A stretch of DNA of 64,000 bases, taken from positions 3,456,001 to 3,520,000 of the forward strand of contig OY761556.1 in NCBI GenBank assembly GCA_963664705.1. The letters are read 5' to 3'. Shown piece after piece: positions 63,750 to 64,000 of this stretch; position 1 is the first letter of the stretch; the number at the start of each line of letters is the position of its first letter. The notes under the pieces were generated by a model. It saw only the letters and a list, made by a program, of their open reading frames with translations. It ran no database searches and was not told the DNA's origin. This DNA is from Acidobacteriota bacterium (GTDB lineage: Bacteria; Acidobacteriota; UBA6911). A program made the translations under genes and the position numbers.

Positions 63750-63769
63750 ATACATATATACCTATATAC
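63750..63769 (+). repeat. ATACNTAT tandem array, site E (putative auto-operator of the RHH gene)
   Basis: ATACATAT ATACCTAT ATAC, 4 nt from the RHH start codon; the 16-mer is identical to site A. Confidence 0.8.
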
Positions 63770-63933
63770 GACGCGGGATCAATGGGTATTTTTTAAGCCG
63801 ACGGAATGCACGCCTTTGCAGCAGGTTAGACGTTATGCGGAATTACGCCCCATCAAGGAATTGAAAAAAGAACCTCCATCAGATAGGAATATGGGCACAA
63901 ACAAAACCGATTGGATGCATGGAGGAAAACACC

Positions 63934-64000
63934 GTGAAAGTACTGGCCATTAATGGAAGTCCAAGGAAAAAGTGGAACACCGCCACATTGCTGCAGAAAG
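63934..64000 (+). CDS. 5' end of a flavodoxin-fold / NADPH-dependent FMN reductase family gene (truncated)
   Basis: GGAGG RBS, then GTG: MKVLAINGSPRKKWNTATLLQK. Confidence 0.85.
   Translation, partial: MKVLAINGSPRKKWNTATLLQK

Noticed and set aside
52836-63769. CRISPR array interpretation of the repeats
   Set aside because: Units are 7-8 bp tandem repeats without unique spacers, and there are no cas genes.
63551-64000. Integrated plasmid partition cassette or toxin-antitoxin pair around the RHH gene
   Set aside because: Neighbours are a radical SAM gene and a flavodoxin-family gene; no ParA, Rep or toxin ORF is adjacent within the window.

Overview
Gene-dense, GC-rich bacterial chromosome segment; the gene mix suggests an anaerobic or facultative member of Acidobacteriota (inference only). 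About 52 CDSs are supported. Housekeeping and metabolic genes include recQ, rnr, selA, a cold-shock gene, purH, rlmD, comEC, a Pat-type acetyltransferase, tex, mqnD, moaB, cstA, sdhCAB, lhr, xdhC, aroK, aroQ and a ferredoxin. The window also holds signalling genes (HD-GYP, HDOD, GAF, PAS-LuxR, a hybrid kinase) and two radical SAM enzymes. I found no rRNA, tRNA, CRISPR array, IS element or phage gene. Two signals are not visible in the ORF track. (1) A stand-alone ParG-like ribbon-helix-helix gene (63551-63745) has a tandem 8-bp ATACNTAT array 4 nt upstream of its start codon. The same co-oriented array recurs at three more intergenic sites, with a single unit at a fifth, all in the last 11 kb. 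Two of these sites lie between convergent genes, which suggests an undescribed RHH regulon or centromere-like system. (2) The small cstA-associated gene ends R-UGA-C-UAA and is followed by a SECIS-like hairpin, so it is probably a selenoprotein; selA is in the same window. All calls come from reading motifs by eye; no database search was run.
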